This document shows positions 9,390-18,176 of a stretch of DNA of 64,000 nucleotides, piece by piece. The notes beneath the pieces are model-generated. The model searched no databases. It saw only the letters and a program-made list of their open reading frames with translations, and was not told the DNA's origin. A program made the position numbers and the translations under genes. Each line of letters opens with the position of its first letter. Within the stretch, counting starts at the first letter, position 1. Source of the DNA: Minisyncoccota bacterium (lineage in GTDB: Bacteria > Patescibacteriota > Minisyncoccia > Phycocordibacterales > UBA9973); assembly GCA_041664285.1 (NCBI GenBank), contig JBAYLA010000001.1, positions 68,889-132,888 of the forward strand, written 5' to 3'.

Positions 9390-9580
9390 AATAAAAAAAC
9401 TCCTACCGAGAGGAGTCGACAAATCAAGACATTAAGACTTGATAATTCCTGCTCGGGACAAATAAAATGATTGGTATTCGGACTTGTTCCTCCAATTTTA
9501 GTTGGAAGGACTTACCGTAGCGGCACTGTACTGGAATTCCTGCCTGCGTAGGCGGGTCACCAGTTTCCCCAATCAATTCT
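9390..9580 (-). ncRNA. candidate cobalamin riboswitch with intrinsic terminator (expression platform) leading into the 8558..9376 gene
   Basis: GC-rich island in an AT-rich intergenic region. The minus-strand RNA reads GGGGAAACUGGUGA...GGAAUUCCAG...GUGCCGCUACGGUAAGUCC...AAGUCCGAAUACC. The closest fit to the remembered consensus is CCGCUACUGUGAG plus the terminal AGUCAGGAAACCUGCC. It ends with the terminator GACUCCUCUCGGUAGGAGUUUUUUU about 15 nt before the ATG. Confidence 0.5.
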
Positions 9581-9592
9581 TATAATTTTCAA

Positions 9593-10084
9593 ATGAACTC
9601 TCTTAGTATATACTTACCTCATATTATGTCAAAGGAAGATGTGGATACTAAAAAAATAGCCAGAGAGAAGCTGGTAAAAATAATGGTTTTTGGAACTTTT
9701 GACGGATTGCATCCTGGGCATATTAATTTTTTCCAACAGGCAAAAAATCTTTCTAAAAGTTCATTTTTAATTGTTTCAATTGCTAGAGATAAAAATATAA
9801 TAAAAATTAAAGGGAAAAAATCAACACTTTCTGAAAACGAAAGATTTAATTTAGTAAAACAAAATAAGTTTATAGATAAGGTTGTTCTGGGAGGGAAGGT
9901 CAAATATTTACCCCATATTATAAAAGAAAAACCAGATATTATTGCCCTTGGTTATGATCAAAAAGATTATGTTGAAAATTTAAAAAAAGATCTTAAAAAA
10001 AATGATATTTTAATAAAAATTATACGTTTAAAGCCTTATAAGCAAAAAATTTTCAAAAATAGCTTACTAAAATCAAAAAAATAA
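9593..10084 (+). CDS. cytidylyltransferase-like nucleotidyltransferase (FAD synthetase N-domain / TagD-like)
   Basis: GTFDGLHPGHINFF is the (H/T)xGH nucleotidyltransferase motif. Confidence 0.6.
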   Translation: MNSLSIYLPHIMSKEDVDTKKIAREKLVKIMVFGTFDGLHPGHINFFQQAKNLSKSSFLIVSIARDKNIIKIKGKKSTLSENERFNLVKQNKFIDKVVLGGKVKYLPHIIKEKPDIIALGYDQKDYVENLKKDLKKNDILIKIIRLKPYKQKIFKNSLLKSKK

Positions 10085-10186
10085 CTTTTTAAGGGTTTAA
10101 TATAGGTAAAAAGTTGGAATTTAGATAATATACTCCATATTCCTTTACATTTTTAGGGTACTTGCTATACTAATTTAACTAAAAAA

Positions 10187-11620
10187 ATGGATAAAGTAAA
10201 AGTTAAAAAATCAAAAAAAATAAAAAATAAAAAAAGACCAAAGAAGAATTGGAAAAAGTTTTGGAAGTTAGGGATGGAAGAGTTTAATACCCAGTATTTT
10301 GACGTTAGCCAGAACGGTGATTTGGTGGTTAAAGAGGGATACTATCAATATAATATTATGGATATTATTAAAAAATACGGCACCGTAACCCGAGTGTTTT
10401 TTCCGTTTATTCTAGAGAACCGGGTGCGAGACTTGATAGAACTTTTTAACGCTTATATTAAAATTTTAAATTACCGTGGAAAATTTTATTATCACTATGT
10501 GATGAAATCCAACCAGAATAGTGATTTTGTTTTGCCGGCTATTGCGGAAGGAGCGCATATTGAAGTTTCCTCCGCCAACGAACTTTTTTTAGTAAAAAGG
10601 ATGCTGGAAAAAGATAAATTTAACCGTAAAATAAGGGTTACCTGCAACGGACCTAAAACTGAACAGTATATAAGTTTAATTGAAGAGCTTCGTGAAAAAG
10701 GTCTAATAGTTATACCCATTATAGAAAACGGAGAGGAACTGGAAAGGCTTAAGAAATTTAAAGGAGAAGTGGGAGTACGAGTAAATCTTAATCTTAAAGT
10801 TGATGCGCACTGGGACAAAAAATATAACCACTTTGGTTTTGCCGAGGAAGAGTTGATTAAAATCAGCAAAATCAGGAACCTTTCCATGCTGCATTATCAT
10901 ATTTCCACGCAAAATGAAAAAATAGAGGGATTTATAAAGCCTCTCAAGCGCGCGATTGATCTTTATGCCAAATTGAGACAGCACAATCCAAATCTGGACA
11001 CGATAAACTTCGGTGGCGGGATGGCTGTGCCTTATGAAAAAAGAAAAAAATTATTTTCCGTGAAAAATTTAGTTCAGCAAATGATTAAAACTGCCAAAAG
11101 AGAAAGCGACAAATTGGGAGTCCGGCATCCGAGTCTGGTTTGTGAATGGGGCAGTTATTTTACCGCTCCTTCTCAAATTACCATTTTTAAGATTTTAGCT
11201 GAGAAAAATATTTTCAAGAAACCTGACACTAAATGGTATTTTATTGACGGGTCTTTTATCGCGCATCTGACCGATACATGGTCTCCTGTTCACCACAAAT
11301 GGCATTTTGCGACAGCCAACCATTTAAATACCCGCCGACTTCAAAAAGTATGGCTTGCTGGGTCTACTTGTGACTCAGATGACCGCTATACCGCTTCCGG
11401 AACTTATGTGTTATTACCGAAATTCACCGAAGATGTTCCAGATTTGTATCTAGTAGTTTTTGACACAGGTTCTTATCAAGACACCTTTGAGAACAACCAC
11501 TGCTTGATTTCCAAGCCGGCGATGGTAATTTGTCAAAATGGACAAGTTAAACTGTCTCGCAAAAGACAAACACCGGAAGAAATCGGTAAACTCTTTGGCT
11601 GGAACGGAGATCATAAATAA
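10187..11620 (+). CDS. PLP-dependent fold-III (Orn/DAP/Arg) decarboxylase, probably arginine decarboxylase
   Basis: YHYVMKSNQN carries the PLP-lysine; GAHIEVSSANEL is also present. An agmatinase gene follows. The real start may be the internal Met (MEEFNTQYF). Confidence 0.55.
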   Translation: MDKVKVKKSKKIKNKKRPKKNWKKFWKLGMEEFNTQYFDVSQNGDLVVKEGYYQYNIMDIIKKYGTVTRVFFPFILENRVRDLIELFNAYIKILNYRGKFYYHYVMKSNQNSDFVLPAIAEGAHIEVSSANELFLVKRMLEKDKFNRKIRVTCNGPKTEQYISLIEELREKGLIVIPIIENGEELERLKKFKGEVGVRVNLNLKVDAHWDKKYNHFGFAEEELIKISKIRNLSMLHYHISTQNEKIEGFIKPLKRAIDLYAKLRQHNPNLDTINFGGGMAVPYEKRKKLFSVKNLVQQMIKTAKRESDKLGVRHPSLVCEWGSYFTAPSQITIFKILAEKNIFKKPDTKWYFIDGSFIAHLTDTWSPVHHKWHFATANHLNTRRLQKVWLAGSTCDSDDRYTASGTYVLLPKFTEDVPDLYLVVFDTGSYQDTFENNHCLISKPAMVICQNGQVKLSRKRQTPEEIGKLFGWNGDHK

Positions 11621-11631
11621 AATAAATTTTA

Positions 11632-12521
11632 TGGTAGATTCAATCATTAATACAAAGAAAATAAATGAAGCAGACGTTATATTGTTGTCTGCAGCTTATG
11701 ATAAAACTGCTTCTAGTCATAAGGGTACAGTCAATGGTCCGAAAGCTATAATAAAAATGCTTGATTCAAAACTTGAGCTTTTTGATCGTACTTATAAGTT
11801 GGAGCCTTGCAAAAAGATAAAAATTGGACAAAAAGATTTAGGCAATTTGAATTCACTTTCACCAGAGAAAACCTTTTTTAAAATTACAAATGAATGTGAA
11901 AAATTTTTAAATAATAATAAATTTGTTTTTTTGTTTGGTGGCGAACATTCAGTTTCGCTTGGACTTTTAAAGGCTCTGGTAAAAAAAGTAAACCCAAAAG
12001 ATGTGACTATTCTTCAAATAGATGCGCACTGTGATTTACGGAATGACGATTCTGATTACAATAATAAACCAACAAAATTTGCACATTCTTGTGTTATGCG
12101 TCGTGCCCACGAACTTGGCTACAATCTTATTCAAGTTGGTATTCGTACCTATTATAAAGATGAGTATAAATATTTTATTAATCCAAAAAATAATATAAAA
12201 GTTTTTGAATGGGGCAATGGTAAGAAAATTCCAATTATTAAGAAAATTTTAAAATCAATTAAAACAAAATATGTTTATATTACAATAGACGTAGATGGCT
12301 TTGATCCTGCTTGTATGCCTGGCACTGGTACACCAGTAGCGGGTGGGCTTGATTGGTGGTATGGCGTAGAGCTTATTAAGCAAGTTGTAAACAAAAAAGA
12401 ATTAATCGGAGCAGATATTGTAGAAGTTTCTCCTATGCGTGATTCAGTACTTACAGAATATAGTGCAGCTCAATTAACTTATACAATAATAGCGCATAAG
12501 TTTCAAAAAAAATTAAGATAA
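11632..12521 (+). CDS. speB: agmatinase (arginase/ureohydrolase family)
   Basis: GGEHSVSLG, IDAHCDLRND and ITIDVDGFDPACMPGTGTP are the Mn-binding motifs. Start moved to the ATG after the upstream stop; the ORF-table start at 11538 overlaps by 83 nt. Confidence 0.7.
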
Positions 12522-13529
12522 ATATTTCTCTATCAATTTATTTGCTTCGGCAGGACTTTTTTTGCATTCCAAAAGGGCAGTTAGTATAAGAGGGGCGACG
12601 ATTGTTGCGTCAGATTCAATAACAAACATCGGAGTGTCTTTGGTAAGTTTATCCCAAGTAATTTTTTCATTTGGGGTGGCGCCTGAGTATGAGCCGTATG
12701 AAGTTGTAGAATCTGAAATCTGGCAAAAATATGCCCATGGCTTGGCAGGAATTTCCATATCATATTTTAATGAGGGTACCACACAAATAGGGAAGTCTCC
12801 AGCGATACCTCCACCAATTTGGAAAAATCCTATACCAGTTCCCTCTGAAAGTTTTTGATATTGATCATAAAATACCCCCATGTATTCTATGCCACTTTTA
12901 GCGATGTTTGCACTTGCATCACCATTTTTTACATGAGAAGCAAAAATATTACCAAAAGTAGAGTCTTCATAACCAGGGACTACTATAGGTATGTTATTTT
13001 CAGCAGCAGCAAGGAGCCAGCATTCTTCTGCTTTGCCTTCGTGTTTTTCTTTATCTATAGCTTGAATTAAATCATAAAAATATTCATGCCAAAATTTACG
13101 GGTATTTTCTTTTGTAGCTTTTTTCCAAACAGGTACAATGAGACTTTCTACAGCACGAAATGCTTCATCTTCTGGAATGCTCGTATCTGTTACTCTGCGC
13201 ATTCTATTTTCTAAAATTTTCGTGTCGTCTTCTTTGGTAAAATATCGATAATCCGGAAAATCTTTATAACTACCATGAGCGACTAGACGAAAAAGCGATT
13301 CTTCAAGATTTGCTCCAGTCACTGACATTCCATGGATTAAACCATTTCTGATTGCTGGTGCTAGGGTAATGCCAAGCTGGGCAGAGCTCATTGCTCCAGC
13401 TACCGCCCAAAACATTTTGCCACCTTTTTCTACATGTCTCCAATACGCTATAAAAGCATCTCGAGTGGCACGAGCGTTAAAGTTTTTGTAATTTTTTAGA
13501 ATGAATTCTAGTGTTGGAAAGTTGTTCAT
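12513..13529 (-). CDS. deoxyhypusine synthase family protein (DHS-like / homospermidine synthase-like)
   Basis: AGAMSSAQLGITLAPAIRNGLIHGMSVTGANLEESL aligns with the DHS core GYTSNLISSGIRE...VTTAGGVEEDL. Confidence 0.65.
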   Translation of the reverse strand: MNNFPTLEFILKNYKNFNARATRDAFIAYWRHVEKGGKMFWAVAGAMSSAQLGITLAPAIRNGLIHGMSVTGANLEESLFRLVAHGSYKDFPDYRYFTKEDDTKILENRMRRVTDTSIPEDEAFRAVESLIVPVWKKATKENTRKFWHEYFYDLIQAIDKEKHEGKAEECWLLAAAENNIPIVVPGYEDSTFGNIFASHVKNGDASANIAKSGIEYMGVFYDQYQKLSEGTGIGFFQIGGGIAGDFPICVVPSLKYDMEIPAKPWAYFCQISDSTTSYGSYSGATPNEKITWDKLTKDTPMFVIESDATIVAPLILTALLECKKSPAEANKLIEKYLS

Positions 13530-13593
13530 AAAAATAGATGATTTAATTTTATAGTAATTTGAGATACTGTCAAGTTTTTAGTATAATGCTTTT

Positions 13594-13938
13594 GTGTCTA
13601 TTAAATATATTTATATAATTCTACTAATTGTTGCATCATCTGCGGTGGCTGTTGCTGATGTTTTTCTTAAAAAAGCATCCAATTCTGTTAATTTTTTTGA
13701 TGTCTTTAAAAATCCTTTAATGATAGGTGCAATTTTATTATATATTTTTCAGATTTTTATTTTTTCTTATCTTTTTTATATAGGAATAAAATTAATAAAT
13801 GTGGGTATTGTTCAAATAATTTTTTATACGCTTATAATTGCGGTTACAAGTATTTTATTTTTTCACGAAACATTAACTTTGATTAAAGTTGTTGGAATAG
13901 TTTTAGGGGTTGTGGGTATTATTTTAATAAACTTTTAA
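13594..13938 (+). CDS. small 4-TM membrane protein (SMR/DMT-like)
   Basis: 114 aa with four hydrophobic helices. Starts with GTG. Confidence 0.35.
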   Translation: MSIKYIYIILLIVASSAVAVADVFLKKASNSVNFFDVFKNPLMIGAILLYIFQIFIFSYLFYIGIKLINVGIVQIIFYTLIIAVTSILFFHETLTLIKVVGIVLGVVGIILINF

Positions 13939-13970
13939 TTTACTTTTTAATATTTTATGGTACAATCTGT

Positions 13971-14308
13971 TTGGCCTTGTATTGGATAGCTACTCCAACT
14001 TCGGTTGGGGAGGAAAGTCCGAACACAACAAAATTTCGCAAGAAACAGGAATGGTAGCGGGTAACGCCCGTGTATAGCAATATATAGGTGCGAGCAGAGA
14101 CGCCGACGCCGAAAGGCTAGGGTTCCGCAAGGAATAGTCTGGTGGAAACATCAGAGTGAAACGGCTAAATCCTTACCTTTGTGCAAGATCGTGCTCCGAT
14201 TTTTATCGGAGAGAATCGCTTGACCCCGAGGGTAATCGAGGGGCTAGATAAATTGCTATCTCTTGACTTACTGTCGAGATACAGAATTCGGCTTATAGAT
14301 ACAAGACC
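13971..14308 (+). ncRNA. rnpB: RNase P RNA (bacterial type A-like)
   Basis: GGAGGAAAGUCCG (P4 5' strand) near the 5' end, ACAGAAUUCGGCUUAUAG (P4 3' strand) near the 3' end, and P1 pairing GGCCUUGUA/UACAAGACC. A GC-rich island, followed by a terminator. Confidence 0.75.
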
Positions 14309-14316
14309 ACAAACAT

Positions 14317-14346
14317 GAAAAATCCTCTCGTAAGAGAGGATTTTTC
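14317..14346 (+). terminator. Rho-independent terminator of rnpB (GUAA tetraloop)
   Basis: aaaaatcctctc-gtaa-gagaggattttt. Confidence 0.65.
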
Positions 14347-14458
14347 TATTTAACACTTTTCTGCTTCTGGGGAGTTGCTTTTTATTTTTTAATATGCTAT
14401 ACTATGTCTGTGAGAGTGTAGGTTGATTCTTACATTTATCGTAAACAACATAAGTGCC

Positions 14459-14494
14459 GCAAAACCCCGCCGTAAGGTGGGGTTTTGTTTTTTG
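14459..14494 (+). terminator. second strong intrinsic terminator (GNRA loop) about 110 nt after the rnpB terminator
   Basis: aaaaccccgcc-gtaa-ggtggggttttgtttttt. Confidence 0.6.
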
Positions 14495-14517
14495 TATGCT
14501 AAAATACATAATAAGAC

Positions 14518-15330
14518 ATGAAGTTAAAGAAATTAAAAAAATTTAAAGTTTTTCTTGTATTAATTGCTTTGTGCTTTGGTGTCATAGTGTCTATCTTGTT
14601 TTATTATAGTTTAGATCCGGCGCTTCTTGCCAAGATTTCTTTTTATTTAGATTTGGCTAACCCCTCAGTTCGAATAATTCGCATCCAGGAAGGCTTACGC
14701 AAAGAAGAAGTAGCGGAAGTGATGGCTAATAAATTAGGTTGGGATGAAAATGCTAAAAATAATTTTATTAATGCGCATCTAGCTCTAAATACCACCAACC
14801 AAGAAGGACATTATTTCCCAGAGACTTATTTGATTAATAAAGACGAAGGGCCATCAGCTGTTAGTGCCATAATGTTTAATGAGTTTTCAAAAAAAACTGA
14901 AAAGATTAAACAACCAAAATCAAAACAGATAATTAATCCAGAGACTGCTCTAAAAATTGCATCTATCATTCAGAGGGAGAGTGATGGTAAAACTGATATG
15001 AAATTAATTTCCGGTATTATTTGGAATCGTATTTGGAGTGGAATGAAATTACAAATTGATGCCACGGTGCAATATGCTAAAGGTAATGAGGAGGATGGTT
15101 GGTGGAAAGAAGTTAACAAAGGGGATACTAAAATAAAATCTCCCTACAATACTTATTTATACCCAGGACTTCCACCAGGTGCTATTGCTAATCCAGGGCT
15201 GGCTGCTATTGAGGCCGCTTATAATCCACAAAAAACAGACTGCATGTTTTATTTGCACGATAAACGTGGGAAAATACACTGCGCTAAGACTTATGAAGAG
15301 CATAAGAAAAATATAGAAACATATTACTAA
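14518..15330 (+). CDS. mltG: endolytic murein transglycosylase MltG (YceG family)
   Basis: N-terminal TM, IASIIQRES, and SPYNTYLYPGLPPGAIANPG (the YceG signature). Confidence 0.75.
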   Translation: MKLKKLKKFKVFLVLIALCFGVIVSILFYYSLDPALLAKISFYLDLANPSVRIIRIQEGLRKEEVAEVMANKLGWDENAKNNFINAHLALNTTNQEGHYFPETYLINKDEGPSAVSAIMFNEFSKKTEKIKQPKSKQIINPETALKIASIIQRESDGKTDMKLISGIIWNRIWSGMKLQIDATVQYAKGNEEDGWWKEVNKGDTKIKSPYNTYLYPGLPPGAIANPGLAAIEAAYNPQKTDCMFYLHDKRGKIHCAKTYEEHKKNIETYY

Positions 15331-15374
15331 ATAAATTTATTTTTTAATAATTACTATAGGCTAATTAATCGATT

Positions 15375-15863
15375 ATGAAACAAAAAAAATTTATAGAAAA
15401 AATAATTACTGGTATAGGATCAGTGCCTTCACTTATTGCACATACATTTTTGTTTGGTTTAGCTTTTATTTTGTCTTTTTATCATGTTATTTCTTGGGAT
15501 GTAATGCTCCTTACTCTAACAACAATTGTGTCATTAGAGGCGATTTATTTAGCTATATTTATTCAAATGTCTGTAAACAAACAAACACAAGAGCTTGCAG
15601 AAGTCAGTGAGGACGTCGATGAAATTCAAAAAGATGTTGATGAGATTCAAGAGGACGTCGATGAAATTCAAAAAGATGTTGATGAGATTCAAGAGGACGT
15701 CGATGAAATTCAAAAAGATGTTGATGAGATTCAAGAGGACGTCGAAGAAATTACTGAAGAAACCGAAGAAGAACGCATAAAAGCCAGGTCAATTAATATT
15801 GAACAGTTGGCACAAGATTTAAGGAAAATACTTACGGACCTAGAACAATTAAAAAACAAATAG
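15375..15863 (+). CDS. DUF1003-like membrane protein with acidic tandem-repeat tail
   Basis: Two N-terminal TM helices followed by repeats of (E)DVDEIQKDVDEIQ. Confidence 0.5.
   Translation: MKQKKFIEKIITGIGSVPSLIAHTFLFGLAFILSFYHVISWDVMLLTLTTIVSLEAIYLAIFIQMSVNKQTQELAEVSEDVDEIQKDVDEIQEDVDEIQKDVDEIQEDVDEIQKDVDEIQEDVEEITEETEEERIKARSINIEQLAQDLRKILTDLEQLKNK
15609..15752 (+). repeat. 42-nt in-frame tandem repeat, 3.4 copies
   Basis: gaggacgtcgatgaaattcaaaaagatgttgatgagattcaa repeated exactly three times, then a diverged partial copy. Confidence 0.85.
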
Positions 15864-16064
15864 TTTTTATATGTGGATCGTACAGGAATCTCTCCCTCGA
15901 CTAAAATTTTTTCGTCAAAAAATTTTATCTGGCACACTCTCATAATTTCGCAAGTTTGCGAAATATATTCTGGGTTTTCTCGTCCTGACGCAAGCAAAGC
16001 AGTTTGCTTGCTTACAGTCTCCTGCAATAAAAAAGCCATCTTACGATGGTCTTTTTTATACACG

Positions 16065-16137
16065 TGGACCGTACAGGACTCGAACCTGCCACCCCCTCAT
16101 TGCAAATGAGGTGCTCTACCAGATGAGCTAACGGCCC
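16065..16137 (-). tRNA. tRNA-Ala(TGC)
   Basis: Reverse complement GGGCCGUUAGCUCA...CCUCA-UUUGCAA-UGAGG...GGUUCGAGUCC...ACGGUCCA with the G3:U70 Ala identity pair. CCA is not encoded. Confidence 0.85.
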
Positions 16138-16187
16138 AATTAAGAACTTTTATATACTACCAAACCAAGCGATTAAATGCAAAACTT

Positions 16188-16943
16188 TTATTTCTTATTA
16201 AGTGAAATTTCTTCAAGTAATTTACTATAAGGACGTGCAGTTAAATGCCATCCACCTGGCTTAAGAGGGTAGTCAAGGTCATCGATGACAAGATAAATCA
16301 CATACGCAAGAATGGACACACTCATTGTGTATGAATAATCAAGCCAAATATTTTTTACACCAATAAACAAGGAAAGGCCTATCATCATGGCTGTTGCCAA
16401 AATAATAATACGTTTGATAGATTGTGGTACGTGATGTGAACTGTAGCGCATTCTTCTAGAACGGTCTTCAATAAGCTTAGTAAAGAAGGCGAATGCATTG
16501 GTGGCAATTTCTGGCTGATTTTTAAACATATCAAACATGGTTGCGTTTAAGGTAGAGAAGGATTCATTGATACGAACACTCGGGATCTTTTGTTCTCCTT
16601 TATAAAGACCGTTATCAGACATTTCTTCTAAATAGGATTTTATTGAATTATAAAATATAGCTCCAGTGTCGGAAGGTAGATATCGAGACCATAACCACAT
16701 TTCTCTAAGAGAATTTATTTCATCGTTAACAGCATCTACAAGGTTGTTCCAGTTTTCCCATTCTTTTTGAATAATAAAGCCAGCTAAGATACTAAACAAC
16801 GTCCCGATAGAAGCATATAGCCAAGGAACACCTCCAAGATCAGCTAAGATTATTTTACTATTATAGAAATCACTTTGGTGAAGAGCATAAAAAGCCAAAG
16901 AAAAAAGTCCCACAAATGAAGCTATTTTAAGTATAAATTTCAT
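16188..16943 (-). CDS. hypothetical membrane protein
   Basis: 251 aa with several TM segments. Confidence 0.45.
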   Translation of the reverse strand: MKFILKIASFVGLFSLAFYALHQSDFYNSKIILADLGGVPWLYASIGTLFSILAGFIIQKEWENWNNLVDAVNDEINSLREMWLWSRYLPSDTGAIFYNSIKSYLEEMSDNGLYKGEQKIPSVRINESFSTLNATMFDMFKNQPEIATNAFAFFTKLIEDRSRRMRYSSHHVPQSIKRIIILATAMMIGLSLFIGVKNIWLDYSYTMSVSILAYVIYLVIDDLDYPLKPGGWHLTARPYSKLLEEISLNKK

Positions 16944-16984
16944 ATTATAAGAATATACAATATATTTTTTATATAAACAAATAT

Positions 16985-17587
16985 TTAATTATTATCTTTA
17001 ACAATTTTTTGGAATTTTTTATTTATAATTTTCCAATCTAGATTTTCAAAAAATGCTTCTATGTATGATTTTTTATCAGAGCCAAAATCAATGAAGTAAG
17101 CATGTTCATACATATCCATCACTAAAATAGGGGATGTTCCCAAGACGCCATAAAGATTGTGTGTGTCTAATAAAAAATTCCTTAATTTACCATCATTAAA
17201 ATCATATCCTAAAACTGTCCATCCACGACTACATAAGCCTAAAGCTTTAAAATCTTCTAACCATGCCTCAAAAGAACCAAAATCTTTTTTAATTATTTCA
17301 ATAATTTCTCCTTCTATCTCTCCATTGCCACCCAGAATATCAAAATAAGCTTCGTGTAAAATTATAGCGTTAGCGGTGAAGCTCTCCTCCACCTTTAACT
17401 CTCTTAAATCTGAAAAAGTAGCATTAGCAGACGACTTATCTATTAATTTTAATTTTTCTTCTATTTCTTGCCATTTTTTAATATATCCATCGTAAAGTTT
17501 GTCGTAATGAATAGTTATAGTCTTTTCAGATATTTTTTTTAATGACTTAGAAAATAATAATTTTTTTAATTCCCCGTAATTTTTCAT
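16985..17587 (-). CDS. sod: Fe/Mn superoxide dismutase
   Basis: C-terminal DMYEHAYF (the D-x-W-E-H-A-Y-Y metal-ligand motif), GWTVLGYD, and N-terminal IHYDKLY. Confidence 0.75.
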   Translation of the reverse strand: MKNYGELKKLLFSKSLKKISEKTITIHYDKLYDGYIKKWQEIEEKLKLIDKSSANATFSDLRELKVEESFTANAIILHEAYFDILGGNGEIEGEIIEIIKKDFGSFEAWLEDFKALGLCSRGWTVLGYDFNDGKLRNFLLDTHNLYGVLGTSPILVMDMYEHAYFIDFGSDKKSYIEAFFENLDWKIINKKFQKIVKDNN

Positions 17588-17644
17588 AGTTTTTTTGATT
17601 TTACGAAATCATGCCGCGCAATCGTCCATTAAAGCGTGGCGCTA

Positions 17645-18163
17645 TTAATTTTTAATATAGGAGATTAATTCATTTAAAAATACTTGCACTTTATTATGAT
17701 ATGATTCATCTTTTATTTTTCCACTTTCATCAAATAAATTTTGAACATTAGAGAAATACATAGCTCCCTGAATTGATATCATGCCATATTGAATACTAAT
17801 TAACCTTAATTGTTCTACTCCTCTTGCTCCGCCCAATCCACCCGCAGAAACACCGCAGAAACCGACTGGTTTATGTGCGTATTGTTTTAAAATCATATCA
17901 AGCATCATTTTTAATTCTCCTGGATAGCCATGATTATATTCAGGGGAAACAATAACTAAAGCGTTAGATTTATTAATTTTCTCAGACAACTTTTGAGCTT
18001 GGGGCAACTTTTCTGTATTGTCTGTAGCTTCAATTCTGTAATCACGAACATCTAAAATTTCACTTTCTATTTTATTTGATTTTAATTCTTCAAGCATAAA
18101 ATTAGAAACCTTTTCAGATTGTCTTCCTACTCTTCCTGTGCCTAAAATAATTGGGATATACAT
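17645..18163 (-). CDS. NAD(P)H-dependent FMN reductase (flavodoxin-like fold)
   Basis: IILGTGRVGRQSE and LVIVSPEYNHGYPGELKMMLD. Start moved to the internal Met (MYIPIILG), because the ORF-table start at 18262 runs into the upstream gene. Confidence 0.65.
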   Translation of the reverse strand: MYIPIILGTGRVGRQSEKVSNFMLEELKSNKIESEILDVRDYRIEATDNTEKLPQAQKLSEKINKSNALVIVSPEYNHGYPGELKMMLDMILKQYAHKPVGFCGVSAGGLGGARGVEQLRLISIQYGMISIQGAMYFSNVQNLFDESGKIKDESYHNKVQVFLNELISYIKN

Positions 18164-18176
18164 ATTTATATTATAA

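Noticed and set aside
9390-9580. tmRNA or SRP RNA as identity of the GC-rich intergenic RNA
   Set aside because: No tRNA-like acceptor/T-arm (tmRNA) and no GGAAG/AGCAGCC domain IV motifs (SRP). The motifs fit a cobalamin riboswitch better.
10495-10984. 130-aa and 93-aa minus-strand ORFs
   Set aside because: Antisense to the PLP decarboxylase gene.
14165-14356. 63-aa minus-strand ORF
   Set aside because: Lies entirely inside the RNase P RNA gene and its terminator, so it is an antisense artefact.
15549-15780. Two 61-aa ORFs (one on each strand) in the repeat region
   Set aside because: Generated by the 42-nt tandem repeat. The real frame is the DVDEIQ one of the 15375..15863 gene.
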